64,000 nucleotides of DNA from an uncultured Solirubrobacterales bacterium (lineage in GTDB: Bacteria > Actinomycetota > Thermoleophilia > Solirubrobacterales > Solirubrobacteraceae). The translations under genes and the position numbers were made by a program. This document shows positions 18,942-27,347 of this stretch, piece after piece. The stretch's first letter is position 1; each line of letters starts with the position of its first letter. The notes under the pieces are model-generated. The model was given only the letters and a program-made list of their open reading frames with translations, was not told the origin of the DNA and ran no database searches. The stretch lies in assembly GCA_963846265.1 (NCBI GenBank), contig CAWJVJ010000005.1, forward strand, positions 601,715 to 665,714. The letters are read 5' to 3'.

Positions 18942-19637
18942 GTGCAAATCGAGATCTTCACGCTGTTTCCCGAGGCGTTCGCGTGGTTCGAGCGCCAGCG
19001 CCACGTCGCCAACGCGCTGGCCGGCGGGCATCGCCTGCAGTACGTCAACTACCGCGATCACACGCCGCTGAGCGCCGGGCAGGTCGACGACACCCCGTTC
19101 GGTGGGGGAGCGGGGATGGTTCTGCGGGTCGACGTCGTCGAGGCGGCGCTGCGGGCGCGCTACGGGCGCGATCCGGTCGAGCTGCGCGCCGAGCGGCGGG
19201 TGATCGTGATGGCGCCGGGAGGGAGGCTGCTCGACGACGCGCTTGTCGACGAGCTCGCGGAGCAGCCGGCCCTGACGCTGCTGTCGGGGCGCTACGAGGG
19301 CTTCGACCAGCGCGTCGTCGATCACTTCGCCAGCGACGAGCTGTCGATCGGCCGCTACGTGCTAGCCGGCGGCGAGCTGCCGGCGATGGTCGTCTGCGAC
19401 GCGGTGCTGCGCAAGCTCCCTGGCGCGCTCGGTCATCCCGACTCGGCGCTCGAGGAGTCGTTCAGCGAGGCGCTCGCCGGCGCGCGCGAGTATCCGCATT
19501 ACACGCGCCCGGCCGAGTACCGCGGCTGGCGCGTTCCCGACGTGCTCCTGTCCGGGCATCACGCCCGGATCAAGGAGTGGCGTCTCGAGCAGAGCTCGGC
19601 GAGGGGAACCGGCTCCCCAGGCGGTCCGCTACCATAG
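18942..19637 (+). CDS. trmD: tRNA m1G37 methyltransferase TrmD
   Basis: TLFPE, VDDTPFGGGAGMV, GRYEGFDQR, SIGRYVLAGGE, EYPHYTRP, VPDVLLSGHH. Confidence 0.97.
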   Translation: MQIEIFTLFPEAFAWFERQRHVANALAGGHRLQYVNYRDHTPLSAGQVDDTPFGGGAGMVLRVDVVEAALRARYGRDPVELRAERRVIVMAPGGRLLDDALVDELAEQPALTLLSGRYEGFDQRVVDHFASDELSIGRYVLAGGELPAMVVCDAVLRKLPGALGHPDSALEESFSEALAGAREYPHYTRPAEYRGWRVPDVLLSGHHARIKEWRLEQSSARGTGSPGGPLP

Positions 19638-19720
19638 GCGGCCCCGCGCAGGCGCACAGTGCGCTGTGAACTAGGCCCCACCATCGAGCACCACCGGGTG
19701 TGGCAGGGATCTACACCTTC

Positions 19721-20326
19721 TTGAGCACCGTGATCGACAGCCTGGAGCGCGCACAGCTCCGCCGTGTACCGAACTTCGACGCCGGTGACCGGCTGCGTGT
19801 CCACTTTCAGGTGATCGAGGGCACGAGGCGCCGTACGCAGGTGTTCGAGGGGGTTGTCATAAAGCGTCAGGGTCACGGCGCACGCGAGACGTTCACCGTC
19901 CGCAAGCAGTCGTTCGGCGTCGGGGTCGAGCGAACGTTCCCACTGCACTCGCCGAAGATCGAGCGCATCGAGGTCGCGGCACGCGGCGACGTCCGGCGCG
20001 CAAAGCTGTACTACCTGCGTGGCCGAGTGGGCAAGCGGGCGCGTGTCCGCGAGCGCCGCAGTGCGGCGCCGGAGGTCGCGGTCGAGCGCGAGCTGCTGCA
20101 CGCGCCGGTCCCGGAGGAGCCCGCGGTCGAGGAGCTCGTCGCGGAGGATCTCGAGGGGTCACAGGCCGAGGCGGACGTCCTACCCGAGGCGGGCGCGGAG
20201 GTACAGGCCGAATCGGGCGCCGGGGAGTCCAGCGTCGCGGAGTCCGAGGAGTCGGTCCCCCCGACGGCGCCGCAGGACGCCAGTCCGGCCGCCACGGAGG
20301 CACCCGCCGGCGATCGGCAGGAGTGA
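19721..20326 (+). CDS. rplS: 50S ribosomal protein L19 with a long acidic C-terminal extension
   Basis: TTG start; GD...RVH..VIEG...[41 protein letters not shown]. Confidence 0.96.
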   Translation: MSTVIDSLERAQLRRVPNFDAGDRLRVHFQVIEGTRRRTQVFEGVVIKRQGHGARETFTVRKQSFGVGVERTFPLHSPKIERIEVAARGDVRRAKLYYLRGRVGKRARVRERRSAAPEVAVERELLHAPVPEEPAVEELVAEDLEGSQAEADVLPEAGAEVQAESGAGESSVAESEESVPPTAPQDASPAATEAPAGDRQE

Positions 20327-20949
20327 CGAAGGCGCACAAGTCGCCGGCGAGCACGCTGTTCGAGCTTGCGGTGATCGTTGTGACCGCGCTCGCTCTTGCG
20401 CTCGGGATCCAGGCCTTCCTGATAAAGCCTTACCGCATTCCGAGCGGGTCGATGCTCCCGACCGTCCGGATCGATCAGCGCGTGCTCGTGGACCGGATCG
20501 GCAATGACTTCTCCTCGCCCCACGTTGGTGACATCGTCGTGTTCCATCCGCCCAAGAACTACGACGCGGGTTGCGCGGACCCGAACCAGGGACAGGACGG
20601 CGGCGGCCCGGTCACCCCGCAGGCCTGCTCGGTGCCGTGGAAGCAGCCGTCCTCGCAGACGTTCATCAAGCGCGTCGTAGGGCTCCCGGGCGACCGCATC
20701 TCGATCGTCAACGGCCACGTGATCCGCAACGGCAAGCGCGAGTCCGACAGCTACATCGTCCAGTGCGACGGCGACTCGGCTTGCAGCTTCCCGCAGACGA
20801 TCACGATTCCCCGGGGCTACTACTACATGATGGGCGACAACCGGCCCGATTCCGAGGACAGTCGCTTCTGGGGACCGGTTCCGAGAGCGTGGATCATCGG
20901 CAAGGCATTCCTGACCTACTGGCCGCCCGACCGCATCGGGTTCCTGTAG
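20323..20949 (+). CDS. lepB: Signal peptidase I (copy 1)
   Basis: [12 protein letters not shown] (Ser), [11 protein letters not shown] (Lys), [16 protein letters not shown]. Confidence 0.96.
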   Translation: MTKAHKSPASTLFELAVIVVTALALALGIQAFLIKPYRIPSGSMLPTVRIDQRVLVDRIGNDFSSPHVGDIVVFHPPKNYDAGCADPNQGQDGGGPVTPQACSVPWKQPSSQTFIKRVVGLPGDRISIVNGHVIRNGKRESDSYIVQCDGDSACSFPQTITIPRGYYYMMGDNRPDSEDSRFWGPVPRAWIIGKAFLTYWPPDRIGFL

Positions 20950-20994
20950 GGACTCTCACGTGTCCAGATTCCGGTCAGTCGCTGGAGCCCAGCG

Positions 20995-21591
20995 ATGAAG
21001 GGGCTGATCGAGCTGGTGATCACCGTGGCGATCGCGGTGGCGCTCGCGTTGCTGATCCAGGCGTTCATCGTCAAGCCCTACCGCATCCCGAGCCCGTCGA
21101 TGGTCCCGACCCTGGCCATCGGTCAGCGGGTCCTCACCAATCGCCTAGCCGGCAACCCGAGCGTCGGCGACATCGAAGTGTTCCACCCGCCGCACGGGGC
21201 GGACTTCGACAACCCGGTGTGCGGCAACCCCAATCAGGGAGGACAGGGCGGCGCCGGCGCGCAGGCGTGCGACAAGCCGACGGCGCAGGAGTCCTCGCAG
21301 ACGTTCATCAAGCGCGTCGTCGGCGGTCCCGGCGACACGATCCAGATCGTCAACGGCCACGTGATCCGCAACGGCGTCAGGGAGAAAGACTCCTACATCG
21401 TCCCCTGCGGCAACATTTCTACGTGCACTTTCGGCAAACCGATCAAGATTCCGCCCGGCTATTACTTCATGATGGGCGACAATCGTGGCGAGTCGGACGA
21501 CAGTCGTTTTTGGGGGCCGGTCCCGAGCAAATGGCTCATCGGGACCGCGTTCTTCACCTACTGGCCCCCTGACCGGATCGGCACCCTCTAG
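20995..21591 (+). CDS. lepB: Signal peptidase I (copy 2)
   Basis: [39 protein letters not shown]. Confidence 0.96.
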   Translation: MKGLIELVITVAIAVALALLIQAFIVKPYRIPSPSMVPTLAIGQRVLTNRLAGNPSVGDIEVFHPPHGADFDNPVCGNPNQGGQGGAGAQACDKPTAQESSQTFIKRVVGGPGDTIQIVNGHVIRNGVREKDSYIVPCGNISTCTFGKPIKIPPGYYFMMGDNRGESDDSRFWGPVPSKWLIGTAFFTYWPPDRIGTL

Positions 21592-22276
21592 CCGGACTAA
21601 CGGGTCGGCCCCCGTACCGACCCCGCGCCGCAAGCGGTCGCTCCGGGCGGCCAGCCGGCTGTTCCGGTTCGACCGCTCCCTCGGGGCGCGGTTCGTCGCC
21701 GGCGCCGACGAGGCCGGGCGAGGATGCCTCGCCGGCCCGCTCGTGGCCGCCGCGGTTCTGTTCGACCTCGACGCGATCGGACCCGCCGAGGTCCGTGTCC
21801 TGGGGGCGCTCAACGACTCGAAGCAGCAGACGCACGAGGCACGCGCGGAGCTGTTTCCGGTGATCCTCCGCGTCGCCGCCAAGGTCGCGATCGTGTCTCG
21901 CTGTGCTCCTGGGATCGACGCCCGCGGTCTGCACGTCACGAACCTCGCCGCGCTCCGCGACGCGCTGTCGAAGGTGGCCTGCGACGGGTGCATCTGCCTG
22001 AGCGACGGCTTCCCGGTGGCCGCGCTCGGCCACGACCAGCGCGCGGTGATCGGCGGCGACGCCAAGAGCGCCGCGATCGCCGCCGCCTCGGTGATCGCCA
22101 AGGAGACGCGCGACCGCTATATGCGTCGCGCGGACGTCGCGCACCCCGGATGGGAGTTCGCGCAGCACGTCGGGTACGCGACCCCGGAGCACCGTGAGGC
22201 GATCGGGCGGCTCGGGGTCTCGCCGCTTCACCGGCGGTCGTTTCAGTCGATGGCCTATCAGCAGCTGTCGCTGTAG
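21569..22276 (+). CDS. rnhB: Ribonuclease HII (start uncertain)
   Basis: GADEAGRGCLAGP, LNDSKQ, GDAKSAAIAAASVIAK, GYAT, HRRSF. No ATG/GTG follows the lepB stop, so a CTG start (21569 or 21659) is assumed. Confidence 0.92.
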   Translation: MTGSAPSSRTNGSAPVPTPRRKRSLRAASRLFRFDRSLGARFVAGADEAGRGCLAGPLVAAAVLFDLDAIGPAEVRVLGALNDSKQQTHEARAELFPVILRVAAKVAIVSRCAPGIDARGLHVTNLAALRDALSKVACDGCICLSDGFPVAALGHDQRAVIGGDAKSAAIAAASVIAKETRDRYMRRADVAHPGWEFAQHVGYATPEHREAIGRLGVSPLHRRSFQSMAYQQLSL

Positions 22277-22324
22277 CGCCGCCCGCGCGTCCGCGCCGTC
22301 CGGAGTCCGCGCCGTCCGCGACCC

Positions 22325-22699
22325 CTAGAACGCACCCTCGAGGTGCTCGAGGCTGAGCAGGCGCCCGGCAGGGTCGACGATCACCCCGATGGCGTCGAAC
22401 CGGAGCGTGTCGGCGCGCGGTCGGTCGGTCCGCTCGATCAGCCAGCGCCCGGCCATCTTGCGCACCTGGGCGCGCTTGAGTGCCCGGACGGCTTCGAGGG
22501 GGCTTACGCCGGCCGGGCTCGCCCTCCGCGTCTTGACCTCGCAAAACGCCAAGGTCCGGCCGTCGAACGCGATGATGTCGAGCTCGCCCCAGCGGGTGCG
22601 GTAGTTGCGCTCGACGATGTCGAAGCCGCGCCGGACGAGGTGCTCGGCGGCGAGCTGCTCACCGAGCGCTCCGAGCTGGGGACGGGGATCACTTCTCAT
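22325..22699 (-). CDS. YraN family (UPF0102) endonuclease-like protein
   Basis: GALGEQLAAEHL, ERNYRTRWGELDII, FCEVKTR, RFDAIGV. Confidence 0.95.
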   Translation of the reverse strand: MRSDPRPQLGALGEQLAAEHLVRRGFDIVERNYRTRWGELDIIAFDGRTLAFCEVKTRRASPAGVSPLEAVRALKRAQVRKMAGRWLIERTDRPRADTLRFDAIGVIVDPAGRLLSLEHLEGAF

Positions 22700-22706
22700 G
22701 CCGGCG

Positions 22707-22831
22707 ACGCTACGCCGGCGCGCGTGACACGTGGGTCACGGCGTGTTCCAATTCTGCTCAGGCCGGGCGCCGGGGGCTGAGCTGAATTGGAACGCCGCGT
22801 GCACCACCTGTGACGCGCGTGCGCGTACGTT
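22707..22831. promoter_or_regulatory. Mirror-image divergent promoter pair for yraN and comM
   Basis: 44-bp inverted repeat arms at 22719-22762 and 22776-22819 (35/44 identical). TAGCGT (minus, 7 nt before the yraN ATG) and TACGTT (plus, 6 nt before the comM GTG) sit at equivalent positions. Confidence 0.75.
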
Positions 22832-22837
22832 GACCGG

Positions 22838-24358
22838 GTGCTCGCGCGCCTCGCCACGTTCGCGATCGACGGGATCGATTCCCACCAGGTCTGGGTCGAG
22901 GTCGACATCCGCAGCGGCCTGCCCGCGTTCACGATCGTCGGGCTCGGCGACGCGGCGGTGCGGGAGTCGCGCGACCGGATCCGGTCGGCGATCGCCAACT
23001 CGGGGTTCGAGTTCCCCCAGACGCGGATCACCGCCAACCTGGCGCCGGCGTTCCTGCGCAAGGTCGGTCCCGGCTTCGACGCCGCGCTCGCGCTCGGCGT
23101 GCTCGCCGCGAGCGGGCAGGTCCCTGGGGAGGCGCTGGCCGCCTACGCGGTGTTCGGCGAGCTGTCGCTGGGCGGCGAGCTGCGCGACTCGCCCGGGGCG
23201 CTGGCCGTCGCCGAGGGAGCGCGGCGGGCCGGGCTCGCGCGCCTTATCGTCCCGCGCGAGCGAGCCTGCGAGGCGGCGCTGGTGGAGGGGATCGAGGTCG
23301 CGGGCGTGTCGACCCTGCGGGCCGCCGCGGAGGTGCTGGCCGGCGCCGAACCGCCACCGCTGCCGGCCGAGGCCCCGGCCGCACACTCGCCGCCGGTCGC
23401 GCCCGATCTCGCCGACATACGCGGGCACGCCGCGCCGCTGCTGGCGCTCGAGATCGCGGCCGCCGGCGGCCACAACCTGCTGCTCGAGGGCGCGCCGGGA
23501 ACCGGCAAGACGATGCTCGCCCGCCGGATCCCGTCGATCCTGCCGGCGATGAGCCGGGCCGAGGCGATCGAGGTGACGAGGATCCACAGCATCGTCGGGC
23601 TGCACGCCGCCGGCCTCGTGCAGACGCGGCCATTCCGGGCCCCGCATCACACGATCTCGGCGTCCGGGCTGGTCGGTGGAGGAGCGCCGCCGCGGCCGGG
23701 CGAGGCGACGCTGGCGAATCACGGGGTGCTGTTCCTGGATGAGCTGGCCGAGTTTCAACGCCCGAGCCTCGACGCGCTCCGCCAGCCGCTCGAGGACGGC
23801 TGCGTGACGATCGTTCGCGGACAGCACGCGCTCGTGTTCCCGACGCGGTTCATGCTCGTCGCCGCCACGAACCCCTGTCCGTGCGGGTTCGCGGGCGTCG
23901 GCGACCGGTGCCGGTGCGGCGAGGCCGACCTCCGCCGGCACAGCCGGCGGCTGAGCGGGCCACTGCTCGATCGGATGGACCTGCTGATCAACGTCGAGCG
24001 GCCGACCGAGCGCGAGCTGCGTGCCGCGCCCGAGACGTCCTCGGCGCTGGCCCGTGAGCGCGTCGCCCACGCCCGCGAGCGGCAGCGGTTCCGACTCGCG
24101 GACTCGGCCGCGCGCTGCAACGGGGAGATGGACGCGCGGCTCGTCCGGCGCGACGTCCGCCTCGAGGAGGCCGCCGAGCAGGCCCTGACCCAGGCCTATG
24201 CGGCCGGCGCGCTCAGCGCCCGTGGCCGCCACCGGGTCGTCCGGGTCGCGCAGACGATCGCCGACCTCGAGGCCCACGACCGGGTCACGCACGCTGACCT
24301 GCTGACCGCGCTCAGCCTGCGGCAACGCGGCGAGGCCGAGACGACGCTGGCGGCATGA
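22838..24358 (+). CDS. comM: YifB/ComM Mg-chelatase-like AAA+ ATPase
   Basis: GLPAFTIVGLGD.AVRESRDRIRSA, ITANLAPA, GAPGTGKT, FRAPHHT, GVLFLDELAEF, LSGPLLDRMD. Confidence 0.95.
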   Translation: MLARLATFAIDGIDSHQVWVEVDIRSGLPAFTIVGLGDAAVRESRDRIRSAIANSGFEFPQTRITANLAPAFLRKVGPGFDAALALGVLAASGQVPGEALAAYAVFGELSLGGELRDSPGALAVAEGARRAGLARLIVPRERACEAALVEGIEVAGVSTLRAAAEVLAGAEPPPLPAEAPAAHSPPVAPDLADIRGHAAPLLALEIAAAGGHNLLLEGAPGTGKTMLARRIPSILPAMSRAEAIEVTRIHSIVGLHAAGLVQTRPFRAPHHTISASGLVGGGAPPRPGEATLANHGVLFLDELAEFQRPSLDALRQPLEDGCVTIVRGQHALVFPTRFMLVAATNPCPCGFAGVGDRCRCGEADLRRHSRRLSGPLLDRMDLLINVERPTERELRAAPETSSALARERVAHARERQRFRLADSAARCNGEMDARLVRRDVRLEEAAEQALTQAYAAGALSARGRHRVVRVAQTIADLEAHDRVTHADLLTALSLRQRGEAETTLAA

Positions 24359-25434
24359 ACGAGCGGGCCTGCGACAGCTGCACGGCTCGCTCGTGGCTGA
24401 TCGGCAGGGTGGCCGGGCATCTTGAAAAGGCGCGCTCCCGGATCGAGCAGGTGCTCGCGCTTGGCGACGACGATCTGATCACGGCCGTCGGAGGGCGGGA
24501 GCAGGCGGACCTGCGGCGGGAGCTCGAGACGCTGGACCTCGACGAGGTGCGCTCGCGAGCGCGCGCCGCCGGGCTGGACACCGTCTGCGGTTGCGATCCG
24601 GCCTTTCCGCCGGGACTCCGGGCGCTGGCCGCGCCGCCGGCGGTGCTCCACGTCGCGGGCGGTCTGGAGCGGGCGGTCGACCTGCTGTTCGGGGAGCCAG
24701 TGGCGATCGTCGGCTCGCGGAAGGCGTCGCCGTACGGCCTGGACGTCGCCGGCTCGCTCGGGCGGGGACTCGCCGCGGCGGGACTGACGGTCGTCAGCGG
24801 CATGGCATTCGGGATCGACTCGGCAGCGCACACCGGCGCGCTCGAGGCGGGCGGGCCGACGGTCGCGGTGCTCCCGGCCTCGGCCGACCGGCCCTACCCC
24901 GGCGCTCGCCGCACGCTGCACCGGCGGATCGTCGCCGGCGGCGCGGCCGTGTCCGAGCTCGGTCCGGGCGTGGCCGTGTGGCGCTGGATGTTCCCGGCGC
25001 GCAACCGCATCATCGCCGCGCTGGCCGCGATGACCGTCGTGGTCGAGGCCGGCGAGCGCTCGGGGGCGCTCGTGACGGCGCGGCTCGCGCGCGGAATCGG
25101 CCGCCCTGTCGGCGCCGTTCCCGGCCGCGTGACCACGCCGCAGGCGGCCGGGCCGAACGGCCTTCTCGCCGCCGGCGCGGGCGTCGTCCGCGGTCCCCGG
25201 GACGTGCTCGATCACCTGTTCGGCGCCGGCGAGCGCACCGTTCGCGACCCGCGCCGGCAGGCACCCGCCGAGCTCGCGCCGCTGCTGGCGGCGATCGCCG
25301 AGGGCCACGAGACCGCGGCGGCGCTGGCCCGGGCCGGGTTCGCCCCCGACCAGGGGCTGGCGGCGCTGGCGGCCCTCGAGCTCGGAGGCTTCGTCCGCCG
25401 AGGTGCTGGGGGCCGCTTCCGCGTCGCGCCCTGA
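24355..25434 (+). CDS. dprA: DNA-processing protein DprA
   Basis: VAIVGSRKASPYG, VVSGMAFGIDSAAH, FPARNRIIAALA, VVVEAG.RSGAL.TA. Confidence 0.96.
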   Translation: MNERACDSCTARSWLIGRVAGHLEKARSRIEQVLALGDDDLITAVGGREQADLRRELETLDLDEVRSRARAAGLDTVCGCDPAFPPGLRALAAPPAVLHVAGGLERAVDLLFGEPVAIVGSRKASPYGLDVAGSLGRGLAAAGLTVVSGMAFGIDSAAHTGALEAGGPTVAVLPASADRPYPGARRTLHRRIVAGGAAVSELGPGVAVWRWMFPARNRIIAALAAMTVVVEAGERSGALVTARLARGIGRPVGAVPGRVTTPQAAGPNGLLAAGAGVVRGPRDVLDHLFGAGERTVRDPRRQAPAELAPLLAAIAEGHETAAALARAGFAPDQGLAALAALELGGFVRRGAGGRFRVAP

Positions 25435-25480
25435 TGCGACTGCGATTTCAACGACAGTCATTGAAAATCTCAATCGCATC
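25433..25480. promoter_or_regulatory. 48-bp near-perfect palindrome (operator or terminator) between dprA and thiD
   Basis: GATGCGACTGCGATTTCAAC-GACAGTC-ATTGAAAATCTCAATCGCATC; AT-rich relative to its surroundings. Confidence 0.55.
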
Positions 25481-25502
25481 CGATCGGGCTACGCTCGTGA
25501 CC

Positions 25503-26381
25503 GTGCCCAGCCCGGACCTGCCCCGCCCGGACCGCATCCCACGCGTCCTGAGCATCGCCGGCTCCGATTCGGGCGCCGGCGCCGGCATCCAGGCGGACCT
25601 GAAGGCGTTCGCGGCCTGCGGCGTCCACGGCATGACGGCGATCACCGCGATCACCGCGCAGAACACCGTCGGGGTGACCGCGGTCCACCCGATCCCTCCG
25701 GACGTGATCCTCGCCCAGGTCCGCGCGGTGGCGAGCGACATCGGCGTCGACGCGGTCAAGATCGGAATGCTGGGCGACCGCCAAACGATCGAGGCGGTGG
25801 CGCGCGCCCTCAGCGAGCTTCCAGATGAGACGCCGGTCGTGCTCGATCCGGTGATGGTCTCCGAGTCTGGGGCGGTGCTGCTCGATCCCGAAGCGCGGTC
25901 GGCTCTCGCCGAGCTGCTGCTGCCGAGGGCGACGGTGCTGACGCCGAACGTCCCGGAGGCGAGGACGCTGATCGGGGATGCGGACGGCGATCTCGATATC
26001 GAAAGCCTTGCCAGACGCGTCCACGCGCTGGGCCCGCGCGCGGTCGTCGTCACCGGCGGCCACCGCGAGGATGTCACCGACCTGTTCTTCGACGGCCACC
26101 GTCTGGTGGAGCTCCACGGTGAGCGTCACGAAGACGGAGCCGCGCATGGTTCGGGCTGCACCCATTCCTCGGTGCTCGCCGCCCGGTTGGCGTGGGGCGA
26201 CGACCCGCTCGACGCGGCACGCGCGGCCCGCGAGCTCGCCTCTCGCGCGGTGGCGCAGGGGCTGCGGGAGATCGGCGCCGGACCTGGCCCCGTCGATATC
26301 CTGGGGATTGCCTGCAAACCACACGTTTGGCCAGTTTTGGGCGCGTCAGGGCCTCCGGGCGCCGGTACGCTTTTGGCATAA
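25503..26381 (+). CDS. thiD: Hydroxymethylpyrimidine/phosphomethylpyrimidine kinase
   Basis: [57 protein letters not shown]; TACGCT 7 nt before the GTG. Confidence 0.96.
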   Translation: MPSPDLPRPDRIPRVLSIAGSDSGAGAGIQADLKAFAACGVHGMTAITAITAQNTVGVTAVHPIPPDVILAQVRAVASDIGVDAVKIGMLGDRQTIEAVARALSELPDETPVVLDPVMVSESGAVLLDPEARSALAELLLPRATVLTPNVPEARTLIGDADGDLDIESLARRVHALGPRAVVVTGGHREDVTDLFFDGHRLVELHGERHEDGAAHGSGCTHSSVLAARLAWGDDPLDAARAARELASRAVAQGLREIGAGPGPVDILGIACKPHVWPVLGASGPPGAGTLLA

Positions 26382-26388
26382 TGGCCCA

Positions 26389-26637
26389 GTGCGTTTTCTG
26401 AGGATGAAGCCAGGCCATGGAGAGGTTCTGATCGCCGAGGGAGACGTCGAGCTCGCTGAGGATGAGCAGCGCCTGATCGAGGAGTTCCGCCGCCAGTTGG
26501 ACGCCGGGCTGTGGGCGGCGGTGCCGGTCTCGGGCCGGCAGGGACGGCGCGAGTCGATCATGGTCCGTTCGTTCGAGGACATTCCCTGGGACGCCGACCG
26601 CGTGATCTTCTTTCCGCGGGCGGCGGGCGGCAGGTAG
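26389..26637 (+). CDS. Small hypothetical protein, putative beta-grasp/ubiquitin-like (ends AAGG-R)
   Basis: 82 aa: MRFLRMKPGHGEVLIAEGDVELAEDEQRLIEEFRRQLDAGLWAAVPVSGRQGRRESIMVRSFEDIPWDADRVIFFPRAAGGR; GC-biased codon use; CATAAT 6 nt before the GTG. The coding call is firm; the Ubl assignment is inference. Confidence 0.7.
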   Translation: MRFLRMKPGHGEVLIAEGDVELAEDEQRLIEEFRRQLDAGLWAAVPVSGRQGRRESIMVRSFEDIPWDADRVIFFPRAAGGR

Positions 26638-26649
26638 GTCCACGCCGCC

Positions 26650-27288
26650 ATGGTGCTGGCGCTCGCAGCGACCGCGATTGTCGCTCTTGCGCTGCTGTCC
26701 GACCTGATCATCCCTCGGATCGACGAGCTGCGGAGCCGGTACAAGGCCAACCGGCACCGCGCCCCGACGTGGTCATATGACCCAGGACGCGAGCGCCGCG
26801 CGGAGGCCCGCGCGCGGGCGCTGCTGCGCTCGTGCGTCAACGAGGAGGAGTGGTCGATGTACCGCGACCTCGGGTTCCTCCGCGTGTGGGGGACGCTGGC
26901 CGACGGCCCCGATGACGCCGGCGGCACCGGTGGCGCCCCGTATGCCTACCTGATCTATCCGCACCGGCCGATCCTCGCCTACCTGGCGCAGACCCACCGG
27001 CTCCTCAACGAGTACTGCGTCACGTTCCCCGACGAGACCCGGCCCTACGGTAGCTCCCGGCTGCCCGACTCCGACGACGTGCTGGCCAAATGGATGGCGC
27101 TGACCGGCGACGAGCGGCGGCTGATCTCGACCGCCAACATGCACCTGCCGGGCCGGCAGCTCGACCCCGCGCAGGTGCGGCGCGACCTGTGGCGGCTTTC
27201 GCAGTGGGAGCGCGCGCGGATGCGCGATGCCTCCGGTCCCGGTGGCGCGGTGTCGCCCGATCCGGGCAATCGCCAATCGGCCGCCTAG
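26650..27288 (+). CDS. Hypothetical membrane-anchored protein, partner of the GG-terminated protein
   Basis: Hydrophobic residues 1-21, then a globular region [16 protein letters not shown]...YRDLGFLRV...YAYLIYPH...EYCVTFPD...[24 protein letters not shown]; 12 nt downstream of the previous stop. Confidence 0.8.
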   Translation: MVLALAATAIVALALLSDLIIPRIDELRSRYKANRHRAPTWSYDPGRERRAEARARALLRSCVNEEEWSMYRDLGFLRVWGTLADGPDDAGGTGGAPYAYLIYPHRPILAYLAQTHRLLNEYCVTFPDETRPYGSSRLPDSDDVLAKWMALTGDERRLISTANMHLPGRQLDPAQVRRDLWRLSQWERARMRDASGPGGAVSPDPGNRQSAA

Positions 27289-27347
27289 CGGCGCAGGCGC
27301 CCCGCCAGGCCGTCGCCGACCCCGGGTCATTACAGTTCCCGGGCCCC

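Noticed and set aside
25442-25469. dif site for the nearby XerC/XerD
   Set aside because: The arms do not resemble the XerC/XerD consensus (e.g. TTATGT(T/C)AA); I saw no dif-like 28-mer in the window.
26389-26637. Ordinary ThiS for thiamine synthesis (because thiD is adjacent)
   Set aside because: It is longer than and unlike ThiS, there is no thiG/thiF/thiO nearby, it has its own promoter and a dedicated non-thi partner; kept as a Ubl candidate instead.
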